From the IMG/VR virus record IMGVR_UViG_3300038312_000251: DNA of 36,332 nucleotides. One strand, 5' to 3'. This document shows, in pieces, positions 26,832 to 36,320 of this stretch. Source of the stretch: an uncultured virus (IMG/VR IMGVR_UViG_3300038312_000251) (lineage: Duplodnaviria > Heunggongvirae > Uroviricota > Caudoviricetes). Numbering within the stretch: position 1 is the first letter of the stretch; each line of letters begins with the position of its first letter. The notes under the pieces were generated by a model. That model ran no database searches, was not told the origin of the DNA, and was given only the letters and a program-made list of their open reading frames with translations. The position numbers and the translations under genes were made by a program.

Positions 26832-28454
26832 TTATATTTCTACTGAAAAATCCAAAACGTTACCAACAAAGAAAGTTTTATTCACAGGAATGTTCGGAAC
26901 AAAATCATAAGTGATATAAAAATTACTATTCTTAGCGGTCACTTTAACATTCTTCCAGGTAACAAGCAAATTATCATTTCCAGGATAAGCGACCAACGAA
27001 GCAAGTTTTGTTTCGGTAAAATTCTTAACCGATTGAGGTGAAGCCTGAGCAATCGTTTGCCCTGTAAATCTCACTTGCCCTTCCAAAATCAATTCTTTGT
27101 TAAGTTGTGATTTAATTAGTTCAACAGATAACTCAAAAGATTGACCGTCATCAGCAATCGTTTTCTTATTATCTAACAAAGTAGTTACGCCTTGATTTAC
27201 GCACCAATATCCTGAAACATTTCTCATATGTAGAATACCAGCCTGTAAAGCGTTTTCACGTTCACGTTTTTTCAAATCATAAACAAAACTTTGATACCCC
27301 ACACGCTTAAACGTCAAAGGTGTTTGAGGTGCTAAACCAGCGTTCAAACCTATTACAGCAGCGGCAAGATAAATTGAATTCAATTGTTTCGTTCCATTTC
27401 GGTCTTTTCTTGTAACGACTGGAGAACCGTGTACAACAACTACCTGACCAGAATTGTAGAACTTAGCAATTGATTCAGAACTATTAGATTCACCAAATAA
27501 ATCAGTATCGTCTTCACCACCTGCTACAACCATAAACTCGGTAAACTTAGCATCTTGTTTCAGGAAAGTAAAAAGTTTTGCGTTTGTATTTGCGTCAACC
27601 CCCTTACCATCTGCAGCGTTCAAATTGGAAGTCAAAAAGAACGTAACATCAAGTTCAGCAATTGCTTCAAGAACATCAGCATATTCAGTTCCACTTAAAA
27701 AAGTAGTTGTTCCGCCAGTAGCTAAAACTTGAGGAACTGCTGTTAATAAAGTTGCGTCTGCTCCTGTTTTTGAAACTACAAAGTGAGCAAGAACGCTTCT
27801 GGATGAAGATGCCCAATTGAATAACTCAGCCAAAGTGGTTAAATCTGGTGATTCGGCAATTAAGTTTGGAACCGCTTTATCAATAGGATAAACCCCAAAA
27901 GGCTCTCCGTCTTTGTCAACTCCTGAAAAAGAACCACGGAAAATTTGAAGTTTAAAAGTATCTACAGTGTCACCTGCTACAATCTTAGCAGCATACCCTA
28001 CTTTTAAAACGCTTTCAACTTCCACCCCATTTCCTACAACTCCTTCATTTTTACATTTTAAAGATAAAACATTACCCTCTGATAACGTTAAATCAATGTT
28101 AGCTGCTAAAGTAGTTGCGGCTCTCACATAGAATAACTTGGGTGCTCCCGCAGCTCCTGCAATGGGCGTGAAGATTTTTTCGGCAATATCACCGACTAAA
28201 CCGCCACCCATAAAAGCCAAGAAGTCCTCATAATTTTGGAACTCATACACGGATTTCAAACCCTGATTGAGCTCTCCTTGAACCCCTGAACCTCCAGCAA
28301 ATTCGTAAGTGCCGTTCATACTCAACCCAGTATCTATAATCATAACATTGCCAAAATCGCCAACGTTTGCTACAGAAGTTGGATTGTAAACGGTTGCAGC
28401 ATACGAACCAGGTTCAATGTAGTTCTTGCCTTGAAAATTTACAACTGTCGCCAT
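26832..28454 (-). CDS. Contractile tail sheath protein
   Basis: 540 aa; 'YIEPGSY', 'AAAVIGL.AG...PLTFK', 'LQAGIL', 'VNQGVTT' sheath motifs. Confidence 0.92.
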   Translation of the reverse strand: MATVVNFQGKNYIEPGSYAATVYNPTSVANVGDFGNVMIIDTGLSMNGTYEFAGGSGVQGELNQGLKSVYEFQNYEDFLAFMGGGLVGDIAEKIFTPIAGAAGAPKLFYVRAATTLAANIDLTLSEGNVLSLKCKNEGVVGNGVEVESVLKVGYAAKIVAGDTVDTFKLQIFRGSFSGVDKDGEPFGVYPIDKAVPNLIAESPDLTTLAELFNWASSSRSVLAHFVVSKTGADATLLTAVPQVLATGGTTTFLSGTEYADVLEAIAELDVTFFLTSNLNAADGKGVDANTNAKLFTFLKQDAKFTEFMVVAGGEDDTDLFGESNSSESIAKFYNSGQVVVVHGSPVVTRKDRNGTKQLNSIYLAAAVIGLNAGLAPQTPLTFKRVGYQSFVYDLKKRERENALQAGILHMRNVSGYWCVNQGVTTLLDNKKTIADDGQSFELSVELIKSQLNKELILEGQVRFTGQTIAQASPQSVKNFTETKLASLVAYPGNDNLLVTWKNVKVTAKNSNFYITYDFVPNIPVNKTFFVGNVLDFSVEI

Positions 28455-28498
28455 AATCTTTTGTTTTAATAGAATTTATTTCAATTTTCGTTTTATAT

Positions 28499-29203
28499 CT
28501 ATACTTGATTTTGAGAAGTATCATCTGTGTAGTCTATCATTCTCATGATGAAATAGAATTTTTTTGCTATTTCATTTTTTACAAGTTGAGGAACATTATG
28601 TTCATAAGTAAAAGATAAATTGATTACTTTATGAAACATAGGAACTGGAGCTAAATCATCCTGCATTAAAATATCGTTTCCCGATAATGAAGGAATGCGA
28701 ATGCCCATCAACTCCAAATGAGGAGTGAGCATTAGCAGCATACTTTTCACTACGTTATACACTACGTTCACTTCTGAAGAATTATTGCTTGTAATCATTA
28801 TTTGATACGTGCATTCGTACATCTGAGTGAAATATTGTTGAGTAGCAACCTTTTCTCCATTTTCCAAAACATCGTCTTCAATATATCCTTCATCCGCTCC
28901 GATTGTAGATTTACCTTGTTCTGATGGAAGTAAAATGTGCATAGAAATACTTTGAGCAACCTTTTGATTAAAACCGAAATTCACAGATAAATTTTCAGTT
29001 TTTTGAAACATTTTTTTAGCTTGCTTAAAATATTCATAAAGATTCATTTTAATAACTTTTCCATCTTCATCAACCCCTAATATTTTGTATAAAATAGTTT
29101 TGCTATCATCCGATAGGTTTTCAGCTAAATCGTTTCTCAATAACTTTACTATTGATTCTAAAGTATTGAAAATAACTATTTCTGGTAATAATATTCCGCT
29201 CAT
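28499..29203 (-). CDS. Putative tail completion/terminator protein
   Basis: 234 aa immediately upstream of the sheath. Confidence 0.55.
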   Translation of the reverse strand: MSGILLPEIVIFNTLESIVKLLRNDLAENLSDDSKTILYKILGVDEDGKVIKMNLYEYFKQAKKMFQKTENLSVNFGFNQKVAQSISMHILLPSEQGKSTIGADEGYIEDDVLENGEKVATQQYFTQMYECTYQIMITSNNSSEVNVVYNVVKSMLLMLTPHLELMGIRIPSLSGNDILMQDDLAPVPMFHKVINLSFTYEHNVPQLVKNEIAKKFYFIMRMIDYTDDTSQNQV

Positions 29204-30003
29204 AATGCTGTTTCTAAATAAGTCAAAACTTCATTTTCTACGATAGTATCAACGTCCGTTTTATCAATTGCTTCTTGAGCTAAATTATACGGCTTAATAC
29301 CTTTATGAATCCAACTCAATGGGTCTGAATTCGCTCCAGCTCTCCTAAACGTACCATAAGTGTTTTGTTTAGTTTGAGCATATTGCGCTCTCCGTTTCGA
29401 TAATCCTTCATAAATTGAATTCTTATGTTGATAAGTATCGTACAACATTCCACCTTTTTCATTCATTATAGCTTCTCTTGACAATGGAACTTCATACGGT
29501 GAAGGAATTTCAGGAGCAGTTAAACCGTGACCAGCACTCCTTTTCCTCATAACGTCATAAACTTCTTGAGGCATCTCTCCAGTGAACCCTGCTTGTCCTA
29601 ATGTTCCTGGAACTCCGATGCGAAAAGGAATTGTTAAATACCAATCACCGCCCTTATAAACTTGCATTCCTTTTTTGTTATAAACAGGAATGGTATATTT
29701 TACTTTTTTAGATTTTTTAAACCCTTCTTTGATATCAAAAGGTGAAGCACCTTGTTCTATCATATTGGGTAAAACTCCTGTTAGTACAATTTGTTTTGCG
29801 AACCTACCTTTATCAACTTTTATAAGATGCTGGGTATATTCAGGCAAAGTTGAATTCAATCTTTGTTTTGCCATTGCTTCCCAATTCATATAGATTGCCG
29901 CAGTAACCGCATTAACGCAAGTTTCTGTTAAGGTATCAACCGCAGATGCGGCTAAACCAAATTGGGCTTGTAACCCCGACAAATCTATTTCAATCGGTTT
30001 CAT
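29200..30003 (-). CDS. Neck/tail completion protein
   Basis: 267 aa; 'WYLTIPFR', 'YGTFRRA..NS.P.SWIH' as in Twort-like neck-region proteins. Confidence 0.6.
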   Translation of the reverse strand: MKPIEIDLSGLQAQFGLAASAVDTLTETCVNAVTAAIYMNWEAMAKQRLNSTLPEYTQHLIKVDKGRFAKQIVLTGVLPNMIEQGASPFDIKEGFKKSKKVKYTIPVYNKKGMQVYKGGDWYLTIPFRIGVPGTLGQAGFTGEMPQEVYDVMRKRSAGHGLTAPEIPSPYEVPLSREAIMNEKGGMLYDTYQHKNSIYEGLSKRRAQYAQTKQNTYGTFRRAGANSDPLSWIHKGIKPYNLAQEAIDKTDVDTIVENEVLTYLETAL

Positions 30004-30827
30004 TTTATCACTGAATTTTCAAATCCTTCTTCTCCAAATTTTTGCGAATCAAATATATAATGAGCCTTTCTTGCTAACACATTTATAGGCATGTCCTTTA
30101 ACTGTTCGTCTGAATAGGCACATCCTTGTTCCCTGACTCTCATCAGCTCACGGTTAGCATCTATAACATGAAAAACTGGGTAATGTGCGTACCTTATGGA
30201 TATGCTTATAGGGATTTCAGAAATATTACTTATATTAACATCTCTTACTTCAATTAAATCCTGAATGCCCAAACTGAATTCTATTTTGTTTCCCGAAATA
30301 ATAAAATCTTTTTCATCAACAGGAACTAAATGAGAATCATCAGAAGAGAAAAGATAAATATTGGTAATGAATAAAGGTTCATAAACTGGATAAGCAATTA
30401 TCTTTCCTTGGAATAAAATCGGATTTATTACTTCAGAATAATACGCTTCAAGCTGCGTCAAAATTATTCTATCCATAAACCCCAATTTATCCGTTCCCCT
30501 TGTAGTTATTGAAGAAGTGCCACGATTGATTTCACTCCAATCTTGATAACGTTTTTTGTTATCCATGTGCTGAGCTATAATCCTTGTTTCTCTCCTATCA
30601 ATAAAAAACCATCCTCTACCTAAACAATTTTTACAAGTGGAAAGTGCCTGGCCAGTAGCTCGGTCAACGCAAGGACATCTTAAAGCTCGGTCAATTAAAG
30701 CATCATACCCTTGCGACATTATGAGCTCATTGAAATCATGAACTCTCCATCCTACTTTTGGGTCAACGACTTCAGCAGGTGTTTGAAAGGCAACTGGTTT
30801 ATCTGATATTATACTTTTCTTTTCCAT
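30000..30827 (-). CDS. Head completion/neck protein with Cys motif
   Basis: 'CPC...CKNCLGRG' motif as in Twort-like neck proteins; synteny. Confidence 0.65.
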   Translation of the reverse strand: MEKKSIISDKPVAFQTPAEVVDPKVGWRVHDFNELIMSQGYDALIDRALRCPCVDRATGQALSTCKNCLGRGWFFIDRRETRIIAQHMDNKKRYQDWSEINRGTSSITTRGTDKLGFMDRIILTQLEAYYSEVINPILFQGKIIAYPVYEPLFITNIYLFSSDDSHLVPVDEKDFIISGNKIEFSLGIQDLIEVRDVNISNISEIPISISIRYAHYPVFHVIDANRELMRVREQGCAYSDEQLKDMPINVLARKAHYIFDSQKFGEEGFENSVIK

Positions 30828-30833
30828 CTTGCG

Positions 30834-31631
30834 TTACAATACTTCAAAAGGTATTCCCCTGTATTTACTTTTCAATGACGGCAGATTAGAATTGACATCA
30901 TCGGTATATTGTTTCATTCGTCCAGCGAAAAGTCCGCCAGTGGAACTTCTGGACAAAGGAGTGCTTTGACTAACACCATCTAAACTTAATTGAATAGAAG
31001 TTATACCAATTCCATACAAAACATCTCCTATAACAGCAAGAATATTCATAGCGGCAAACTTAGCTACAAAATCAAAAAGGTCAGCAGGAATTTTATCCCA
31101 TCCTGTAACATATCTTGGTCTCCAATAATTTGGAATGTAACTTTGTCCGAACCATCCTAAATGTGGAGAAAGTCCGTTATAAATTAAAGAGTTTTGCGTC
31201 ATTGTAGCTCCGCTCTTGCTTCCTGTGTTTGGAATGAGATAGACATTTCTGTATATAGCAACCTCAGCCTGTTTTTTAATCGACAACCATTCCCTTGGAT
31301 AAGTTATTTGACAAACGTCATTTATCCAACCTTCCAGATTATCAATATAAGCAATAGGATACATTGTTCTGATATACCCCCAAGACATGAATTCTTGTCG
31401 GTTAAAATCCCGATTTTCTTCTATGACTTGTTTTGTGAGTTTAATACTGAACAAACTTTCCACCTGCGTTTGAGCAGACTTGATGTGCTGAGATAAAGCC
31501 TGACTTGATATTTTCCTACCGTCACTTGAACAAGTTGGAATACCAAACAAGTAAATCTCTAACAATTCAGCAGGAGACATTATCATCTCTACGTTCTTGT
31601 TGTATTGTATTTTTAGTTTTAAACTCGGCAT
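30834..31631 (-). CDS. Head-tail adaptor protein
   Basis: 265 aa; 'YLFGI', 'YVTGW..IPADL', 'GITSIQLSLDGVSQS'; position after the capsid gene. Confidence 0.65.
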   Translation of the reverse strand: MPSLKLKIQYNKNVEMIMSPAELLEIYLFGIPTCSSDGRKISSQALSQHIKSAQTQVESLFSIKLTKQVIEENRDFNRQEFMSWGYIRTMYPIAYIDNLEGWINDVCQITYPREWLSIKKQAEVAIYRNVYLIPNTGSKSGATMTQNSLIYNGLSPHLGWFGQSYIPNYWRPRYVTGWDKIPADLFDFVAKFAAMNILAVIGDVLYGIGITSIQLSLDGVSQSTPLSRSSTGGLFAGRMKQYTDDVNSNLPSLKSKYRGIPFEVL

Positions 31632-31658
31632 ATCAGAACAATGTTAAAAGAGTTATTT

Positions 31659-32048
31659 TTACATTTCGTCAAACTTCTTCATCAAGTAAGCTGACATGAG
31701 TTTTTTGGAAGTGAGCTTTTTCCATTCTTCTTCTGGATAACCAGCTTCAGTTGCTACGTCCTTCATCTCTTCCAGCTTCATGTTTTTCAAACCTTCCTGA
31801 AAAGCATCCCTTTCGGAACTTTCTTCATTTTCGTCTTCAAGCTCATCATCATCTTCATCGATGTCTTCCGCTTCTTTTTCAGGAACATTCTTCTTGAGAT
31901 ATTCCCAATCATTAGTGCTATTTACAAGCTGTACTGCACACTTCGGTGATACGTCCGCTATTCCGTTACCATCGATGTCGATGAGTCCGTCAATAGGCAC
32001 GATTAGTTTCGTTGAAACTACCTTTGAATTTTTTGCTTTAATTTTCAT
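31659..32048 (-). CDS. Hypothetical protein after capsid gene; acidic, C-terminal HeH/Rho-N-like helices
   Basis: ATG at 32048 (track TTG 32057); 'LKNMKLEEMKDVATEAG...KKLMSAYL'. Confidence 0.7.
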   Translation of the reverse strand: MKIKAKNSKVVSTKLIVPIDGLIDIDGNGIADVSPKCAVQLVNSTNDWEYLKKNVPEKEAEDIDEDDDELEDENEESSERDAFQEGLKNMKLEEMKDVATEAGYPEEEWKKLTSKKLMSAYLMKKFDEM

Positions 32049-32065
32049 TTTATACAATTTTTAAG

Positions 32066-32100
32066 AAAAAAAGGGGCAGGAGTATCCACCCCACCCCTTT
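32066..32100 (-). terminator. Rho-independent terminator after the major capsid gene
   Basis: Minus strand AAAGGGGTGGGGTG-GAT-ACTCCTGCCCC-TTTTTTT. Confidence 0.85.
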
Positions 32101-32125
32101 CAATCAAGTTCAACTATTTTGTTAC

Positions 32126-33622
32126 TTATTTCACGAATTTTCCGATATTCACGAAACGAACCATTTTCTTGGGAGCATAAAGGAACGGTGTTCCATAAAG
32201 CAGAACCATAAAACGGAACGCTGGAGAAAGAACGGCCAAATCCATTTTCATAAGCGGTGCCAACTGAGCAAATTCAACAACTTCGTTATCGAACTGAGTA
32301 AGCATCGACTGGTCAGTGTCGGGCAAGAAACGGTTCATATCACGAATTGAAAGTGCGGCAGCTCCGTCATATCCACGGGTCAGGTCATCCAGGGAAACTT
32401 CAAACAGCGGGAAAAATTCTCCAGTAGCAGAACCACCGACTTTGGTACGGTAAATGCGATAAGCAGTTGCTTTATTCACACCACCACCATCGGTAAAGGT
32501 TAAATCAATCGCTCCACCTGCAACGGCTGTAGCTGCCGCAGTACTGTAGATTGACAAATCAGATTCACCGAAACGGTTGATTGCTGATACTGCGTAATAA
32601 ACATTTCCAGCATCCTCAGCAAAGAACTTACTTCCAGAAACTGCAGGTTGAACTGCAACAGGTGTAGTAACGTCCCAAACAGGTTTGGTTGGAGCTTTCT
32701 GAGAATTGGCAGCAGTGGTTGAATTTTTGCTCGGCAATTTCTTGAAGAACACGTCATGGTTCAAACCGATACGGCCAAACTGAGAATCAAACGCCTGAAC
32801 GTGCTGACCCATGATACCATTGGAAAGGGCATCGCTGTTCGGCATGATGAATTTGTTACCATAGAAATTCTTCACAAAGCTCGAAAGAACGGCAGGTGGG
32901 CCATAAATCTGCGTACCTAAACCGTAATTTTCAACGATAGAGTTTGCGGCAGTTTCAATAGCTTCTTCAGTCAAAGCAGAACCACGAAGGTCAACTACCA
33001 TTTCTGAATCCATGTAGTTTGCGTAAGATGCCCAAGCGTCAGACTGCTGTTGCTGAGCAAGAAAACCATTGAATTGTTCAGGAATGTGTTTTTCATTACC
33101 GAAATACAAACCCTGGTTCAAGGTACGCAAAATCCAAAGCGTTCCATCTTTAATAGTACGTTCCATAACGGAACCAATCATGGTGTTTACAAGGGTCATC
33201 TGGTGAGTTACACTCTTGGTTACACCAAGGTACTTCACCAACTGTGCCCTACGAACAAAGATGCTGTCTTCTTCTTCGGGCAGCTCTCCCTCTCTGTTCC
33301 ATCCGCCACGGTTAGCACCGTAAGAAGTCTGTTGATTGTACTCTTCAACTGTGTTGTAAGCAGCCTTCTTTGGAAGGTCTTTCCACAACCGAATGTCATT
33401 TTCACGAAAGGTGATGTGCTTCAGAGTTTTCTCCAAAGACTCAACCTTCAAGGGTGCACCTGAAGCTGTAGTCAGGTCTGCGGTATCACGGCCAGTAATT
33501 TGTTCTGCCGCCAACGCTTTGTTTAAAGCATCAACGTTTTCCGAACTACCTGCGCCAAAGTGAAACCCATCTTGCTGAGAGGCATAGCCATAATCAGCCA
33601 AATTGATTGATAATCTTTCCAT
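32126..33622 (-). CDS. Major capsid protein (Twort/SPO1-like)
   Basis: 'GAPLKVESLEKTLK.ITF', 'A.NTVEEY', 'LYFGN...EQFNG', 'LAPLMKMDLA', 'LLYGTP.LYAPKK'; GC-richer codon use; followed by a terminator. Confidence 0.92.
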   Translation of the reverse strand: MERLSINLADYGYASQQDGFHFGAGSSENVDALNKALAAEQITGRDTADLTTASGAPLKVESLEKTLKHITFRENDIRLWKDLPKKAAYNTVEEYNQQTSYGANRGGWNREGELPEEEDSIFVRRAQLVKYLGVTKSVTHQMTLVNTMIGSVMERTIKDGTLWILRTLNQGLYFGNEKHIPEQFNGFLAQQQQSDAWASYANYMDSEMVVDLRGSALTEEAIETAANSIVENYGLGTQIYGPPAVLSSFVKNFYGNKFIMPNSDALSNGIMGQHVQAFDSQFGRIGLNHDVFFKKLPSKNSTTAANSQKAPTKPVWDVTTPVAVQPAVSGSKFFAEDAGNVYYAVSAINRFGESDLSIYSTAAATAVAGGAIDLTFTDGGGVNKATAYRIYRTKVGGSATGEFFPLFEVSLDDLTRGYDGAAALSIRDMNRFLPDTDQSMLTQFDNEVVEFAQLAPLMKMDLAVLSPAFRFMVLLYGTPFLYAPKKMVRFVNIGKFVK

Positions 33623-33642
33623 TGTTCTCTTTTTATAAAGTG

Positions 33643-35163
33643 TTATTTAACGATTTCAATTCCATATTCGTTCTTGATGCGAGCAATAATATTTGAAGGC
33701 AATGATTTGGTTGCTTCAAAATGAGTCACTGCCTTACTGAATTCATCGTCAAACCCCTTAGAAAAAGTAGCTTGGTCAAGAATTTCGGCAACAACATTTT
33801 TCTGCCTGCTGATGCTCACCTGATTCGTTTTAGAACGCTCCGAACCTTCATTGCCAAAGTCATTTTCATTTGACTTAGCAAAATGTCGTTCAACTGGTCG
33901 TGCTGAAGATATTGATTTTGGAGCAGGAACTTCCGAACCAAACTGTTCAATCTTTTCTGATAGAACTGAAATTGTTTCGTCCTGAGCCTTCACAATATCA
34001 AGCAGCTCATTTTCACGGGCAGCTGCGGATTCAAGTTTTTGACTCGCATCCTTAATCATAACTCCAAGTGCTTTGATGTACTTAGAATTAATTTGATGAG
34101 AAGAAGCAATTGCTTTTTCAATACGGTCAAAACGGTTTCCACCATCTGCTTTTTTCACTTCGCCACCTTCTTCAGCTCCATCATCTTCTTCATCGTCTTC
34201 AGGAGCTTCTTCTGAAGTGTCGTCTTCACTCTCAGGTGCTTCTTCAGCTTTTTTAGTTGATGATTTTGCTTTCGTGATTGGCTTTTCTTGGGTTTGTCCA
34301 CCATCGGCATCACAACCCTTTTCAACGTCATTCTCTTCCACATCAAGCCCCAAAGCCTCATATGCTTTTTGAATGTCGTCATTTGTTACGTTTTTTCGTC
34401 CTTTCATTTTCGCAAAATTTATTAACATTAAATGAATTTTTTCTGCTTTCTCAATACTAATAGCTGGAATGTCTTTGAAAAGTCTTTCAATGACCTCTGA
34501 TTTTGAAAAAGTTTGATTTTTGATTTTCTTGTTTACTGATTCTTTCTTTAAAGCAGAACCACTTTCTGTGTTCATGCTTTTTTCTTCCGTTTCCTCAGTT
34601 TGTTCTGTTTCATCATAGTCTTCATAATCCTCATCAATTTCTCCCTTAATGATGTTGGCAAACGTCTTTGGATTTTTAGGTTGATGAGTTATCGCCACTC
34701 CAGTGATTATAGCTTTTAATATCTTTTTGTAATCAGGTGAATTTTTATTATCGGATTTACGCTTGATTACTTTACCTTCAATTGAATAACCTAAACGCCT
34801 TGTTTTTGAATCTTTTTCAAGAGTTTCAGCAAGCTCCCAAACGTCTTTCGCTATTCTGCTTGAAGGATATAAATCAGTTTCAATGTATAACCCTTCTGGA
34901 CGTATTTCTGCTTTTGAAGGCTCTCCGATAATAGTTGCTGGTTGACCTTTCGCTTGATGATGCCAATTAACCATTCCGCTTTCTAACAACGGCTTAATAT
35001 CAAAACCCTTGGGGTCAAGAAATTCTCCATCGCTATCTTCATCAGAAGTGGAAGCAATTCCACCCAATTTCATTAACTGTTCTCCAGTTGTTGGGTCAAT
35101 TACTTCTGTAGCTTTCTCAATGGGGCACCAAAATTTGAATTTATTTTCTTCTATCTTTGACAT
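33643..35163 (-). CDS. Prohead protease fused to acidic/coiled-coil scaffold domain
   Basis: 'GIAST..EDSDGE', 'VNWHH', 'IIGEP', 'RLGYSIEG', 'GVAIT..PKN' protease motifs in the N-half; acidic and coiled-coil C-half. Confidence 0.88.
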   Translation of the reverse strand: MSKIEENKFKFWCPIEKATEVIDPTTGEQLMKLGGIASTSDEDSDGEFLDPKGFDIKPLLESGMVNWHHQAKGQPATIIGEPSKAEIRPEGLYIETDLYPSSRIAKDVWELAETLEKDSKTRRLGYSIEGKVIKRKSDNKNSPDYKKILKAIITGVAITHQPKNPKTFANIIKGEIDEDYEDYDETEQTEETEEKSMNTESGSALKKESVNKKIKNQTFSKSEVIERLFKDIPAISIEKAEKIHLMLINFAKMKGRKNVTNDDIQKAYEALGLDVEENDVEKGCDADGGQTQEKPITKAKSSTKKAEEAPESEDDTSEEAPEDDEEDDGAEEGGEVKKADGGNRFDRIEKAIASSHQINSKYIKALGVMIKDASQKLESAAARENELLDIVKAQDETISVLSEKIEQFGSEVPAPKSISSARPVERHFAKSNENDFGNEGSERSKTNQVSISRQKNVVAEILDQATFSKGFDDEFSKAVTHFEATKSLPSNIIARIKNEYGIEIVK

Positions 35164-35173
35164 ACTTTTTTAC

Positions 35174-35208
35174 AAATAAAAAGGTCAAGAATTTAATTCT
35201 TTGACCTT
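35174..35208 (-). terminator. Terminator-like hairpin between lysis and head genes
   Basis: AAGGTCAA...TTGACCTT inverted repeat (35181-35208) followed on the minus strand by TTTATTT. Confidence 0.8.
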
Positions 35209-35234
35209 ATTATAACTGTCAATGTTAAATTGAT

Positions 35235-35567
35235 TTACTCTTCAGACATTGTTCTTCTTATCCAACCAAAAAAGAATTTTTGATTTGCAGGTTTTCTTTC
35301 CGTTATATTGATGTAGTATTTTATTTTCTCAATTCTTCTTGCGTTTATGTAATTTTCATACGTGATTTCATTCGTAACCCTTTCAAGACTATCTTTCAAA
35401 TTCTCTATTTCAGTTTTTAATTCTAAAATAAGAACCGTATCAGTTAAATAAATAACTTCTACCGAATGTATTGTATCTTGACTCTCACGCTCTATTATCT
35501 CACCGCCTGTATTCCCTTTACAGGAAAATAAAAAAGACAGTAGCAAGCATATAAATATCGTTTTCAT
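35235..35567 (-). CDS. Lipoprotein, candidate spanin
   Basis: Signal peptide II 'MKTIFICLLLSFLFSC', coiled coil 'LELKTEIENLKDSLERV'; overlaps the endolysin stop. Confidence 0.6.
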   Translation of the reverse strand: MKTIFICLLLSFLFSCKGNTGGEIIERESQDTIHSVEVIYLTDTVLILELKTEIENLKDSLERVTNEITYENYINARRIEKIKYYINITERKPANQKFFFGWIRRTMSEE

Positions 35568-35977
35568 ATCACTGAATTTAGTTTACTTAATAAAGCTGTA
35601 CTCATAACAGATGTTTCTTTCATTTTGAATTGCCTTTGAGAAAGTTTAATTGAAGTACCAACCCCCATATTAACGGCTGTATCATACATATCATTAGCAA
35701 CCCTTTGGTCTTTTATACTATCACCCCAAACTTTATCCCAAAATTCTTTTTTGTAAAAAACTTTTTCTAATGGTAAAAGTTCATTTCTTCGGTCTTTAAG
35801 GTTTTTTGGAAAATTAGATTTCTTCTTCTGTTCATCTACTATTTTCCACCCAGGCCAAGTTGGATGAAATTTACGGGCAATACCATGGTAAGTTTCTCCA
35901 CCGCTATCATCTGGGTCATTTACATAACCGCCTTCAAATTTTCCTGTTCTCGAATATGCTTTTTCAAAATCGGCCAT
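35564..35977 (-). CDS. Endolysin, glycoside hydrolase family 108
   Basis: 'FEGGYVNDPDDSGGETYHGI', 'FYKKEFW', 'YDTAVNMG'. Confidence 0.92.
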   Translation of the reverse strand: MADFEKAYSRTGKFEGGYVNDPDDSGGETYHGIARKFHPTWPGWKIVDEQKKKSNFPKNLKDRRNELLPLEKVFYKKEFWDKVWGDSIKDQRVANDMYDTAVNMGVGTSIKLSQRQFKMKETSVMSTALLSKLNSVI

Positions 35978-35981
35978 TTCC

Positions 35982-36320
35982 TTACTTTATTGTTAATTGA
36001 GATAAATCAATACAATCTTTATTTAACCAATCTAAAAGTTTATCAGATTTATCAGCATTACTTAATTTCAAAAAATCATCAACAGTTATTCCGTATGAAT
36101 CAAGATACATTTTGAATCCCTCTTCAAACAAAGCAATACGATTTCCCTTTTCGGTTATTTCTTGAAATTCTTTTGATAAGTCCTCAAGTTTTTCCGTTCC
36201 CTGAATAGCTTCAAAATAATCTCTTTGTTGATGAGGCTCTACCAAAGGGAACTTTCCTTTGAAGGGAATGATTTTGGACGGTTTTTTAAGAGCAACGTAT
36301 TTACTTGCTCTTCCACCCAT
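35982..36320 (-). CDS. Hypothetical phage protein (112 aa)
   Basis: ORF 4 nt upstream of the endolysin; the true start may lie beyond the window edge. Confidence 0.6.
   Translation of the reverse strand: MGGRASKYVALKKPSKIIPFKGKFPLVEPHQQRDYFEAIQGTEKLEDLSKEFQEITEKGNRIALFEEGFKMYLDSYGITVDDFLKLSNADKSDKLLDWLNKDCIDLSQLTIK

Noticed and set aside
7747..35225. 12-bp inverted match ACATTGACAGTT (7747-7758 vs 35214-35225) as inversion ends around the structural module
   Set aside because: A single 12-mer match in an AT-rich 36 kb window is expected by chance, and no invertase is visible.
1182..36115. Numerous short + strand and nested ORFs in the track (e.g. 1182-1610, 2526-2855, 31194-31496, 33050-33463)
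   Set aside because: They overlap well-supported minus-strand genes and show no recognisable motifs.
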